From an uncultured Acidimicrobiia bacterium (GTDB taxonomy: Bacteria > Actinomycetota > Acidimicrobiia > IMCC26256 > JAENVU01), in the NCBI GenBank assembly GCA_963770105.1, contig CAVYOL010000006.1:61540-125539 (forward strand): 64,000 nucleotides of DNA, written 5' to 3'. The notes under the pieces were generated by a model. It ran no database searches and was not told the DNA's origin. It was given only the letters and a program-made list of their open reading frames with translations. Within the stretch, counting starts at the first letter, position 1; every line of letters starts with the position of its first letter. This document shows, piece by piece, positions 26,059-34,378 of this stretch. Position numbers and translations under genes: made by a program.

Positions 26059-27565
26059 GTGCCCCTCACCTTCACCCTTGTGTCCACTGCTGCGGATCGC
26101 GTGAGCGCGGACCTGCTCGCGGTCCCGGTCTTCGCCCCCGGCGAGCTCGGGCCGGGCGCCGACCTCGTGGACAAGGCGATCGGCGGCGGGCTGGCCGCGT
26201 TCATGGAGGAAGCCGGGTTCGAGGGCAAGCCGGGCCAGACCCTCGCGGTGCCGACCAACGGCGCGCTCGGGGCCAAGGCCGCGGTGCTCGTCGGCCTCGG
26301 CGAGCGCGACGAGCTCACGCTGGACAGCGTGCGCAACGCGGCCGCGGCGATCTCCCGCCGGGCCAAGAAGGTCAAGACCGTCGCGACGACGCTGCTCGAC
26401 GCGGCGCCGGCGGACCTCGACAAGCCATCGGTCGCGCAGGCCCTCGCCGAGGGGTTCGCGCTCGGCGGCTACCAGTACCTCGAGTACAAGTCCGAGGGGA
26501 AGCCGTCCAAGCTCGAGGACGTGATCGTGGTCGGGCGTGGTGGCGCGCGCGTCAGCGCGGCGCTCGAGCGCGGCCGCGTGATCAGCGAGGCGGTGATGTG
26601 GGCCCGTGACGCGGTGAACACCCCCGCCAAGGAGAAGCCGCCGGCGACGTTCGCGAAGTCCGCGCAGACGCTGCTCCGCGGCAAGGGCGTCAAGGTCGAG
26701 GTGCTGGAAGGCGCGGCGCTGACCCGTGAGCGGCTCGGGGGCGTGCTCGGCGTCGGTCAGGGTTCGGACAACCCGCCGCGCATGGTGAAGATGACGTACG
26801 CACCTCCGGGTGCCCGCGGCACCGTGGCGCTGGTCGGCAAGGGCGTCGTGTTCGACTCCGGCGGCCTCTCGATCAAGCCCGCCGGCGGCATGGAGACGAT
26901 GAAGACCGACATGGGCGGCGCGGCCGCGGTGATCGGGGCGATGTCCACGCTGAAGGATCTCGGCGTGAAGACGAAGGTCGTCGCGTTCACGCCGATGGTG
27001 GAGAACATGCCGAGCGGCACCGCGATCCGTCCGGGCGATGTGCTCAAGATCCGCAACGGCAAGACGGTCGAGGTGCTGAACACCGACGCCGAGGGCCGCT
27101 TGATCCTCGCCGACGGGCTCTCGCTCGCCGTCGAGGAGCAGCCGGACGCGATCGTGGACCTGGCCACCCTCACCGGTGCCTGCGTCGTCGCGCTGGGCGA
27201 GAAGATCGCCGGTCTGATGACCAGCAACGACTCCTGGGGCGAGCAGGTGCGCGCCGCGGGCGACCGGGCCGGCGAGCAGCTCTGGCCGCTGCCGCTGCCG
27301 TCGCAGTACAACAAGCTCATCGAGTCCGAGGTCGCCGACATCAAGAACATCGGCAGCGGCGGCTACGGCGGCGCGCTCGACCGCGGGCCTCTTCCTGCAG
27401 GCCTTCGTGGGCGACGTGCCGTGGGTGCATCTCGACATCGCCGGACCGGCACGCGCGGGCTCGGACGACGGCGTCTACGTCCGCGGCGGCACCGGCTTCG
27501 GCGTCCGCACGCTGGTCGAGCTCCTGAGCACGTTCAAGAAGCCCAGCAGCAACGGCTCCAAGTGA
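26059..27565 (+). pseudogene. pepA: leucyl aminopeptidase (M17), one +1 interruption near 27379
   Basis: VGKGVVFDSGGLSIKP, MKTDMGGAAAV and NTDAEGRLILADG motifs. Removing one g in gcgctcGaccgcggg restores ..[26 protein letters not shown].., ending at the TGA at 27563-27565. Confidence 0.92.
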
Positions 27566-29160
27566 GCCGGACGGCCGTCCGTCTGCTCGTGGCGGCGGTC
27601 GTCACCGGAGGCGCCGTCCTCGTGTTCGCGTTGCTCGCACCGATGGCGCGCAGCTCCGCCGCGTCGCGACCAGCGGCTGACGACTACACCGAGACCACGG
27701 TCACCATCAAGGACAACGACTTCCTCCCGCAGACCGTCACCGTCGATCCCGGGACGGTCGTGCGGTGGGACAACGTGGGCCGCAACAAGCACAACGTGAT
27801 CCCCGACGACCCTGCAGCCGCCGGCTTCAAGAGCCCGACGATCAAGGCGCACCAGAGCTACGAGCACAAGCTCGTCACACCCGGCGTGTACGGGTACTTC
27901 TGCTCGTTCCACGGCACGCCGGGCAAGGGCATGTACGGCACGATCATCGTGAAGAACGCGGACGGGACGATCCCGAAGCCCACGTCGACGCGTGCGGCGC
28001 ACATCGCCGCGGGCAAGCCGCGGACCATCCGGGTGCCGAAGGACGACATGAAGATCCAGACCGCGGTCGACCACGCGCCACCGGGTTCGCTGATCCTCGT
28101 GTCGCCCGGCGTCTACAAGGAGGCCGTCACCGTCACGACCGACCGGCTGGTGATCCGCGGGCTGAACCGGAACACGGTCATCCTCGACGGTGGGTTCAAG
28201 CTCGACAACGGGATCAAGGTCATCGGTGCGCACGGCGTCGCGATCGAGAACATGACCGCGCGCAACTACACCAAGAACGGCTTCTTCTGGACCGACCTCT
28301 CGGGCTACCGCGGCTCGTACCTGACCTCGACCCGCACCGGCGACTACGGCATCTACGCGTTCAACGCGACCGACGGCATCCTCGACCACGACTACGGGTC
28401 GGGCTCACCCGACGCGGGCTTCTACGTGGGCCAGTGCTCTCCCTGCAACACGCTGCTGACCCAGGATCTCGCGGAGTACAACGGCCTCGGCTTCTCGGGG
28501 ACGAACGCCGGCGGCGACCTGATCATCGAGAAGTCCACGTGGCGGCGGAACCGCTCCGGGGTCGTGCCCAACAGCGAGGACGGTGAGAAGAACCCGCCCC
28601 AGCACGACGCCACGATCGTCGGCAACCTCGTCTACGACAACAACAACGGGAAGACGCCCGCGATCGACGACGCGCTCCTCGCCCAGGGCAACGGCATCCT
28701 CGTGGCCGGTGGCGACAAGAACCTCATCACCCACAACCGGGTCTTCGACCACAAGCTCGCGGGCATCGTGATCGTGCCGTACCCGGGCGGCTCGGTGTGG
28801 CTGCCGCACGACAACCGGGTCGTGGACAACCTCATCTACCGGTCCGGGGTCGGCGACCTCGGCTGGTTCGGCGGGTCGGGGAACTGCTTCTCCGACAACT
28901 CCTACAAGACGAGCAAGCCGTCGAACATCGAAGCGGTGCTCCCGTGCACGGGGACGCCGGTGCCGGCCACGGACTCGCTGGACATCCAGAAGTACCTCGA
29001 CGCCAAGCACCCGAAGTCGCGCGACTACCGCACCGCGCCGACCCCGAAGCCGCCGCAGCTCGCGGGGATGAAGAACGCCGCGTCGGCCAAGGCGCGTCCG
29101 GCGGTCGGGATCGTCGTGAAGGTGAACGTGGACAAGGTGCCGACGCCGAAGGCGCCGTAG
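27562..29160 (+). CDS. secreted cupredoxin-domain plus right-handed beta-helix (NosD-like) protein
   Basis: GTG at 27562 overlaps the pepA stop. Signal/anchor RLLVAAVVTGGAVLVFALLAPMARSSAAS, type-1 Cu-like ligands (NKHNV ... YFCSFHGTPGKGMYG), then about 400 aa of repetitive Gly/Asn/Asp-rich beta-helix-like sequence. Confidence 0.65.
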   Translation: MSRTAVRLLVAAVVTGGAVLVFALLAPMARSSAASRPAADDYTETTVTIKDNDFLPQTVTVDPGTVVRWDNVGRNKHNVIPDDPAAAGFKSPTIKAHQSYEHKLVTPGVYGYFCSFHGTPGKGMYGTIIVKNADGTIPKPTSTRAAHIAAGKPRTIRVPKDDMKIQTAVDHAPPGSLILVSPGVYKEAVTVTTDRLVIRGLNRNTVILDGGFKLDNGIKVIGAHGVAIENMTARNYTKNGFFWTDLSGYRGSYLTSTRTGDYGIYAFNATDGILDHDYGSGSPDAGFYVGQCSPCNTLLTQDLAEYNGLGFSGTNAGGDLIIEKSTWRRNRSGVVPNSEDGEKNPPQHDATIVGNLVYDNNNGKTPAIDDALLAQGNGILVAGGDKNLITHNRVFDHKLAGIVIVPYPGGSVWLPHDNRVVDNLIYRSGVGDLGWFGGSGNCFSDNSYKTSKPSNIEAVLPCTGTPVPATDSLDIQKYLDAKHPKSRDYRTAPTPKPPQLAGMKNAASAKARPAVGIVVKVNVDKVPTPKAP

Positions 29161-29163
29161 CCG

Positions 29164-29814
29164 CTACGCCACGACGACGACGGGTGTCCCCATCTGCGCC
29201 CAGTCCCACATGACTTTGGCCGCGAACTGGTTCTCGCGCACGCACCCGTGGCTCAACGGGGTGCCGAGCTGTGAGTCCGACTCGATCGGTCTTCCGCTGG
29301 GTTGGAGTGGGATGCCGTGGAAGCCGACGTCGGTGGTGTTCCCGTACGTGAAGCCGACGAAGTACGGGAGCCGCAGCGTGTGCGAGTACCCGGGGTTGAC
29401 GCGCCGGATCACCTTGTAGGTCCCGTTGCGCGGGTAGTTGCGGCGACCGGAGACGATGTAGGAGACGTACACCCAGCCGTCCGCCTCGATCAGCCACACC
29501 CGCTGGCACGAGTTGCAGTAGACGACGCGACGGCCGACACCGGAGTTCGGCGGCGGCGCCGGGTACGGGTTCACGCGGTCCTTCGTGATCGTCGTCTTGA
29601 CGGTCGTGTGCGCGAGCAGCGTCGCCGGGCGGGCCGGCGTCGAGCGGTGCTGCGCGGGGACCTCGGCCGAGGTGCCGGCCGCGGCCTCACCCTTGTCGAC
29701 CGTGCTGGCGAAGATGGTGATCGCTCCGGCGAGCACGGCCACGGTCGCGACGACGGCGATGCCGACGCGGTAGTGGCGAGCCCGCTGGAGCCGGCGCACA
29801 CGCCGCTGGCCCAC
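29164..29814 (-). CDS. L,D-transpeptidase (YkuD domain)
   Basis: 216-aa ORF with an N-terminal TM anchor and a catalytic FHGIP...SHGCVR motif. Confidence 0.85.
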   Translation of the reverse strand: MGQRRVRRLQRARHYRVGIAVVATVAVLAGAITIFASTVDKGEAAAGTSAEVPAQHRSTPARPATLLAHTTVKTTITKDRVNPYPAPPPNSGVGRRVVYCNSCQRVWLIEADGWVYVSYIVSGRRNYPRNGTYKVIRRVNPGYSHTLRLPYFVGFTYGNTTDVGFHGIPLQPSGRPIESDSQLGTPLSHGCVRENQFAAKVMWDWAQMGTPVVVVA

Positions 29815-29947
29815 AGCAACTCTCCCCTTGCCGACCGCCCGCGTGGCCCTCAGGAAGCGAGAAACTACCGGCGGGTGCTACCGGATTCGCGGATGCCCGC
29901 GGCGCGCGAGGGGGGTTCGTCCCGAGGGTGCGGACAATTCGCCCAAG

Positions 29948-29981
29948 CTGTGGATGGGGTCCCGCGGGGCCGCATCCACAG
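29948..29981 (-). terminator. stem-loop 14 nt downstream of the rhodanese-ThiF stop
   Basis: CTGTGGATG ... CATCCACAG forms a perfect 9-bp stem around a GC-rich loop. There is no U-tract, which is common in high-GC actinobacteria. Confidence 0.45.
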
Positions 29982-29994
29982 GCCCGCGCCGGGG

Positions 29995-31179
29995 TCAGTG
30001 GGTGAGGACCGAGCCGTCCGCGAGGACTGCGTGGGGCATGCAGTTCTGGTCGTACTCCTCGATCACGATCGGCGCCGCGTTGGGGCCGCACGCGGGGCAC
30101 TCCGGGTCCCGGCGCAGCTTGAACGTGCGGAAGGACTGCTCGAGCGCGTCGTAGGCGAGGAGCCGGCCGACGAGCGGGTCGCCGAGGTCGAGCAGGAGCT
30201 TGATCGTCTCGAGCGCCTGGATGGAGCCGATGATGCCGGGCAGCACGCCCAGCACGCCCGCCTCCGCGCAGCTCGGCGCGAGCTCGGGCGGCGGCGGCTC
30301 GGGGAGCAGGCAGCGGTAGCAGGGGCCCTCGTACGGCTTGAACACCGTGACCTGGCCCTCGAACCGGAAGATCGACCCGTGCACGACGGGGATCTGCTTG
30401 AGCAGTGACGCGTCGTTGAGCAGGTACCGGGTGGGGAAGTTGTCGGTGCCGTCGAGGACGACGTCGTAGCCGTCGATGATGTCGAGGATGTTCTCCGCGC
30501 CGAGGCGGACGTCGTGGGTGACGACGTTCACGTCCGGGTTGATGAGCGTCAGCGTCTTCTTCGCGGAGTCGACCTTGCGCTCGCCGATGCGGTCCGTGTT
30601 GTGGAGGATCTGGCGCTGCAGGTTCGACGCGTCGACGATGTCCATGTCGACGATGCCGAGCGTGCCGACGCCCGCCGCCGCGAGGTACATCCCGGCGGGG
30701 GAGCCGAGGCCACCGGCGCCGAGGAGCAGCACCTTGGACTCGAGCAGCTTCTGCTGGCCGGCCTCGCCGATCTCGGGCAGGAGGATGTGGCGCTTGTAGC
30801 GGTCACGCTGCTCGGCGGTCAGGACCGCGGGGGTGATCCACGGGTGGTTCTCGTTCTTCCACTGACCGAAGCCGCCGGCCATGGAGACGACGTTGGTGTA
30901 GCCGAGCTCCTTCAGCGTCTCGGCCGCGAACGCGGAGCGGATGCCGCCGGCGCAGTAGACGACGACCGGCGCGTCGTGGTCCGGGATCTTGCCTTCGACC
31001 TGGCTCTCGAGGTGGCCGCGGGGGATGTGGATCGCGCCCGGGACGATGCCGGCGTCGAACTCGTCCTGCTCGCGCACGTCGAGGAACGTGGACTGGCCGA
31101 GCTGGGCCTCGGCCTGCTCGGGCTGGATCTCGGTGATCTTCGCCTTCGTGTCGGCGAGAAGCTCACGGAAGCTGGGCAT
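29995..31179 (-). CDS. rhodanese-ThiF/MoeB fusion (sulfur-carrier adenylyltransferase/sulfurtransferase)
   Basis: ATG at 31179 with the RBS in CCAGGAGCACTG-ATG. N-terminal rhodanese (VVVYCAGGIRS), then ThiF (LLLGAGGLGSP, CYRC...CPAC zinc motif). The upstream part of ORF 29995..31815 is non-coding-like. Confidence 0.85.
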   Translation of the reverse strand: MPSFRELLADTKAKITEIQPEQAEAQLGQSTFLDVREQDEFDAGIVPGAIHIPRGHLESQVEGKIPDHDAPVVVYCAGGIRSAFAAETLKELGYTNVVSMAGGFGQWKNENHPWITPAVLTAEQRDRYKRHILLPEIGEAGQQKLLESKVLLLGAGGLGSPAGMYLAAAGVGTLGIVDMDIVDASNLQRQILHNTDRIGERKVDSAKKTLTLINPDVNVVTHDVRLGAENILDIIDGYDVVLDGTDNFPTRYLLNDASLLKQIPVVHGSIFRFEGQVTVFKPYEGPCYRCLLPEPPPPELAPSCAEAGVLGVLPGIIGSIQALETIKLLLDLGDPLVGRLLAYDALEQSFRTFKLRRDPECPACGPNAAPIVIEEYDQNCMPHAVLADGSVLTH

Positions 31180-31259
31180 CAGTGCTCCTGGAGAAAGGTG
31201 GTTCGTTAGAGAAGAAAAGGCTACCGCAGGGGTCGGATATTCCCCAACCTGCGGGCCGC

Positions 31260-32021
31260 TCAGACCCGCTCGACGAGGGCCGGGAGCAGCTCGCCCAGGG
31301 GTGCCGCGCTCGTGGCCGCGGCGTACTGGTCGAACGGGGTGGGCTGCGCGTTGCCGATGACGAGCCGGGCGCCGTTCGAGAGCGCGACCTCGGGGAGGCC
31401 GGCCGCGGGGTAGACGCCGAGCGACGTCCCGAACGCCAGGAAGAGGTCGGCCCGCTGCGCGGCCCGGTGGGCCCGCTCCAGGTCGTCGGCGACGAGGTTC
31501 TCGCCGAAGCTGATGGTGGCGGACTTCAGCATCCCGCCGCACACGAGGCAGGCGGGGTCCTCCTCGCCGGCTTCCACCCGCTCGAGCGTCTCGTCCATCG
31601 GGCCCCGCCACTCGCACTGCAGGCACTTCGCCTCGTGCACGGTGCCGTGGATTTCGATCAGCGTGTGCGGCGACGACCCGGCGGCGCGGTGGAGCCCGTC
31701 GATGTTCTGGGTGACGAGCATGTGCACCTTCGCCTTCTGCTCCAGCTCGGCGATGGCCCGGTGCCCGGCGTTCGGCTGCGCGGCCCAGATCTCGCTGCGC
31801 AGCCGGTTCTGCCACGCGGCTTTCCGGATGTCCGGGTCCGCGATGTAGTTCTCGATGTTGGCGGTCTTCTCGGCCGCCGGGTTCTTCGTCCAGACGCCTT
31901 CGGGCCCGCGGAAGTCCGGGATGCCGGACTCGGTGGAGATCCCCGCGCCGGTGAGGATCACGATCGCGTCCGCGTCGCGCATCCAGTCCGCAATCGTGTC
32001 GAGCGCGTCCTCCGCGGCCAT
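31260..32021 (-). CDS. cobB: NAD-dependent protein deacylase, Sir2 family
   Basis: GAGISTESGIPDFRG, QNIDGLH and CxxC...CxxCGG zinc motifs. The start is placed at the internal Met (MAAEDALDTIADW), because the 5' extension of the ORF covers a hairpin. Confidence 0.88.
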   Translation of the reverse strand: MAAEDALDTIADWMRDADAIVILTGAGISTESGIPDFRGPEGVWTKNPAAEKTANIENYIADPDIRKAAWQNRLRSEIWAAQPNAGHRAIAELEQKAKVHMLVTQNIDGLHRAAGSSPHTLIEIHGTVHEAKCLQCEWRGPMDETLERVEAGEEDPACLVCGGMLKSATISFGENLVADDLERAHRAAQRADLFLAFGTSLGVYPAAGLPEVALSNGARLVIGNAQPTPFDQYAAATSAAPLGELLPALVERV

Positions 32022-32050
32022 GCGTTCGAGCGTACCCACCCCGTCCCCTT

Positions 32051-32102
32051 CGTTTCGGCGTGAGCTACACCCCCCAGAGGGGGTCCAACTCACGCCGAAA
32101 CG
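32051..32102 (-). other. long hairpin (14-bp perfect outer stem plus 6-bp inner stem)
   Basis: CGTTTCGGCGTGAG ... CTCACGCCGAAACG enclose ACCCCC-CAGA-GGGGGT. It lies between the stop of the 204-aa gene and the cobB start. Confidence 0.6.
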
Positions 32103-32115
32103 GGGGTGAGACATC

Positions 32116-32165
32116 GGATGAGGGTGACGGACCGGGCGGGGGAGCGGAGCACGTCACCCTCATCC
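32116..32165 (-). terminator. long hairpin (14-bp perfect stem, 22-nt loop) immediately after the stop of the 32170..32784 gene
   Basis: GGATGAGGGTGACG ... CGTCACCCTCATCC, starting 5 nt downstream of the stop codon on the minus strand. Confidence 0.5.
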
Positions 32166-32169
32166 GGAC

Positions 32170-32784
32170 CTAGGCGGCGGGGTCGAACCCGGCCGCGACG
32201 GCTTCCTCGAGTGCGTGGCGGTGGCGCTCGTGGGCCCACGTCGCGCTCTCGCGACAGATGGTGGGGTGGAAGCCGATGTCGTGCAGGACGCGCTCGACGT
32301 GGTCGAGGTCGTCGCCCTGCTCCATCAACGTGAAGGCCAGCCGACGGGCGCGCCGGCGCGCGATCGCGAGCGGGGGCTCGGCCAGCGCGCGCTCGGCCCA
32401 CGCGCGGTGCTCGTCCTGGAGCGGGGTTGGCAGCCGGCCGACGTGACGACGGTTCACCGGCGGCACCGAACGCCGAACTGCGTACCCGGCCTCACGCTCG
32501 CCGCACGCGAGGTCGAACTGCATCAGCCGATCGAGGCTGCGTACGACGGGCGACGAGTTGCCCTCGCGGTGTCCCAGTCCGAGCGCCTGCGACAGCTCGC
32601 CCAGGTCGAGCTGGATGCCTTCGGGGTGCTCGTCGAGCCCGGCGGCGATCCGCCGCAGGAGCAGCAGGCTGGTCGGGCCCAACGTCGGGAGCCAGAAGCG
32701 CTCGACGTAGATCGAGCGCGGATCGTGGCCCAGGGTGTCGATCACGGGATCGGGCCAGGGTCGGATGGCGAGTGTCGCGGTCAT
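32170..32784 (-). CDS. conserved hypothetical protein (possible winged-helix DNA-binding)
   Basis: 204-aa ORF with coding-like composition: ..PRSIYVERFWLPTLGPTSLLLLRRIAAGL... No catalytic motif recognised. Confidence 0.55.
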   Translation of the reverse strand: MTATLAIRPWPDPVIDTLGHDPRSIYVERFWLPTLGPTSLLLLRRIAAGLDEHPEGIQLDLGELSQALGLGHREGNSSPVVRSLDRLMQFDLACGEREAGYAVRRSVPPVNRRHVGRLPTPLQDEHRAWAERALAEPPLAIARRRARRLAFTLMEQGDDLDHVERVLHDIGFHPTICRESATWAHERHRHALEEAVAAGFDPAA

Positions 32785-32806
32785 GTCTCTCCTCTGCGCA
32801 CGTGCG

Positions 32807-33491
32807 TCAGGGCTGGGCGTTGAGCGGGGGAAGGGTGAGGGTGAGCCCGATCCGGATCAGGTTCGGGTCGTCACCGATGGCGGCGCGGTTGGCCGCGTAG
32901 ATGGCCCGCCACCCGGCGTCGACGGATCGCGCGTCGGCGCGCGGTCCGAGCCGCCCCGCCGCGATCGACCAGAGGCAGTCGCCGCGGCGCACCACGTACG
33001 TCGGGAGGACGGCCGCGGGCGGCGCGGGCGCGGGGGAAGCCGGAGGCGCGGTCGCAACGACCGGCGCAGTCGGACGCGGGGCGGGATCGGGCCGTTGCGC
33101 AGTGATCGGGGGAATGAGCACCACGGGACCCGTGGGAGCAGTCGGCGCGTCGTGCGCCGAGACCGCGTCCGGAGTCGCGACCGCGACAGCGCGTCGTGGT
33201 CGTCGTCGACGGGTCGACCTCGCGGAGCCAGCCGCGCACGCTGTCGGCCGCACCGGCAGGACGCGGGCCCATGAAGGTCGAGCCCAGAGCAAGCAGGGAC
33301 ACGATGACCGCGCGGACGCCCATCGGCACCGTCAGGTCGAGGAGTGCGAGCACCCGACCGGCGCGGTGGCGCCGGCGGAGCAGCTCGGCGACGAGGCCGA
33401 GCGCGAGGAGGAGCAGGGTGGCGACGACCGCGCCGAGCGCGGCGCGCCCGACGAGATCACCCAGCGTTCCGTCTTGGGACTCCTGAACCAT
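32807..33491 (-). pseudogene. membrane-anchored LysM-domain protein, one +1 interruption near 33190
   Basis: The N-terminal TM region is on ORF 32871..33491 (AALGAVVATLLLLALGLV..). A Pro-rich linker and the C-terminal LysM (YVVRRGDCLWSIAAGRL...IYAAN...DPNLIRIGLTLTLP) are on ORF 32807..33292. Confidence 0.7.
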
Positions 33492-33541
33492 CCGTGGCTC
33501 CGATTCGCCGTGCGTGCCTCGATGAGCGACACGAACAACAT

Positions 33542-33578
33542 CAGTCTCAATGCGTTCTGTTTCATCGGGTTGAGACTG
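33542..33578. promoter_or_regulatory. inverted repeat in AT-richer divergent intergenic region (candidate operator)
   Basis: CAGTCTCAA-N19-TTGAGACTG has perfect 9-bp arms. It sits in the only clearly AT-richer stretch (about 33530-33660) between the LysM gene and the 33655 gene. Confidence 0.35.
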
Positions 33579-33654
33579 GAAACATCACATACCACGCTCT
33601 ACAGTGTCAAGGCATCGGGGCAAATAACAACCTTTCCACCCGCTATCTACATCT

Positions 33655-34062
33655 ATGGGCAGGGCTGTTACGTTCCCGGACCTTCCACGGACGGGAGCAC
33701 ATCAGGTGGGCGACGACACGTCGGATGCGTTCGATGCGTTCGACGCGATCGCGGAGGAGCTCTCGGAGCTCCGCTTCGGGGCGTCGGCGGAGCAGCTGGG
33801 CGAGGCGCACGAGATCATCGCGGCGGGCGTGGCGACGCGGGCCTTCATCGACGAGCTGCGACGCGTCGCTCCGGGCGACGTGGTCACGGTCGTCGGCACG
33901 GACGGCGTCCCCGTTCGGGGCCGGATCCTCTCGGTGGGTGCGGATTGGCTGCGGCTCGGCGAGGTGGCCGACGAGACGGGCAGCCGGCGGGCCCGCCTGC
34001 TCCGGGTCCACGACTTCCCACTCGACGCCATCGTCCGGGTGACCCGGGAGTCGATCGAATGA
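33655..34062 (+). CDS. hypothetical protein (small acidic N-region plus beta-rich C-domain)
   Basis: 135-aa ORF. GC3-rich codons begin around the internal GTG (VGDDTSDAF..), so the true start may be about 15 codons downstream. No motif recognised. Confidence 0.5.
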   Translation: MGRAVTFPDLPRTGAHQVGDDTSDAFDAFDAIAEELSELRFGASAEQLGEAHEIIAAGVATRAFIDELRRVAPGDVVTVVGTDGVPVRGRILSVGADWLRLGEVADETGSRRARLLRVHDFPLDAIVRVTRESIE

Positions 34063-34066
34063 ACGG

Positions 34067-34283
34067 CTACCGGGTGCGGGTCCTGGACTCCTGGGTGAGC
34101 TCGGCCAGGTACGCCTCGAGCGCCTCGCGACTGACCCGCCAGACGCCCTTGCGCCCGATCTTCAGCGCGGGCAGCTCGCCGCTGCGCATCAACGTGTACA
34201 CCTGCGAGACCGTCACGTTCAGCACGCCCGCGACCTCCGAGGGCTTCAGCAGGGGCGCCGGAAGATCTTCCACCCTGAGACTC
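34067..34283 (-). CDS. excisionase-family (MerR-like) helix-turn-helix DNA-binding protein
   Basis: The C-terminal 72 aa of ORF 34067..35029: V-EDLPAPLLKPSEVAGVLNVTVSQVYTLMRSGELPALKIGRKGVWRVSREALEAYL. The GTG start at 34283 is preceded by GAGGAG. Confidence 0.7.
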
Positions 34284-34378
34284 CTCGAACCGGGACAGAA
34301 CGTGACGTTGCCTCGCGTTGCGTCTCCCAGGGTACCGAATCCATCCAGTGGCGTGGTTGCACCCTCTGCGGGTGCCCG

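Noticed and set aside
21997-27438. A single 1813-aa minus-strand ORF, which would be a giant protein
   Set aside because: It is a composite. Only the low-coordinate parts are real: the membrane protein at 21997-23994 and the lipoprotein at 23988-25395. From 25396 upward it runs antisense to the clearly genuine pduO and pepA genes, and there its product is Arg/Gly/Pro-rich junk typical of stop-poor antisense frames in high-GC DNA.
34067-34283. Excisionase-family HTH gene as a marker of a prophage or integrative element
   Set aside because: No integrase, att-like repeats, tRNA target, phage genes or conjugation genes are nearby. This small HTH gene is a regular neighbour of actinobacterial tad-like clusters.
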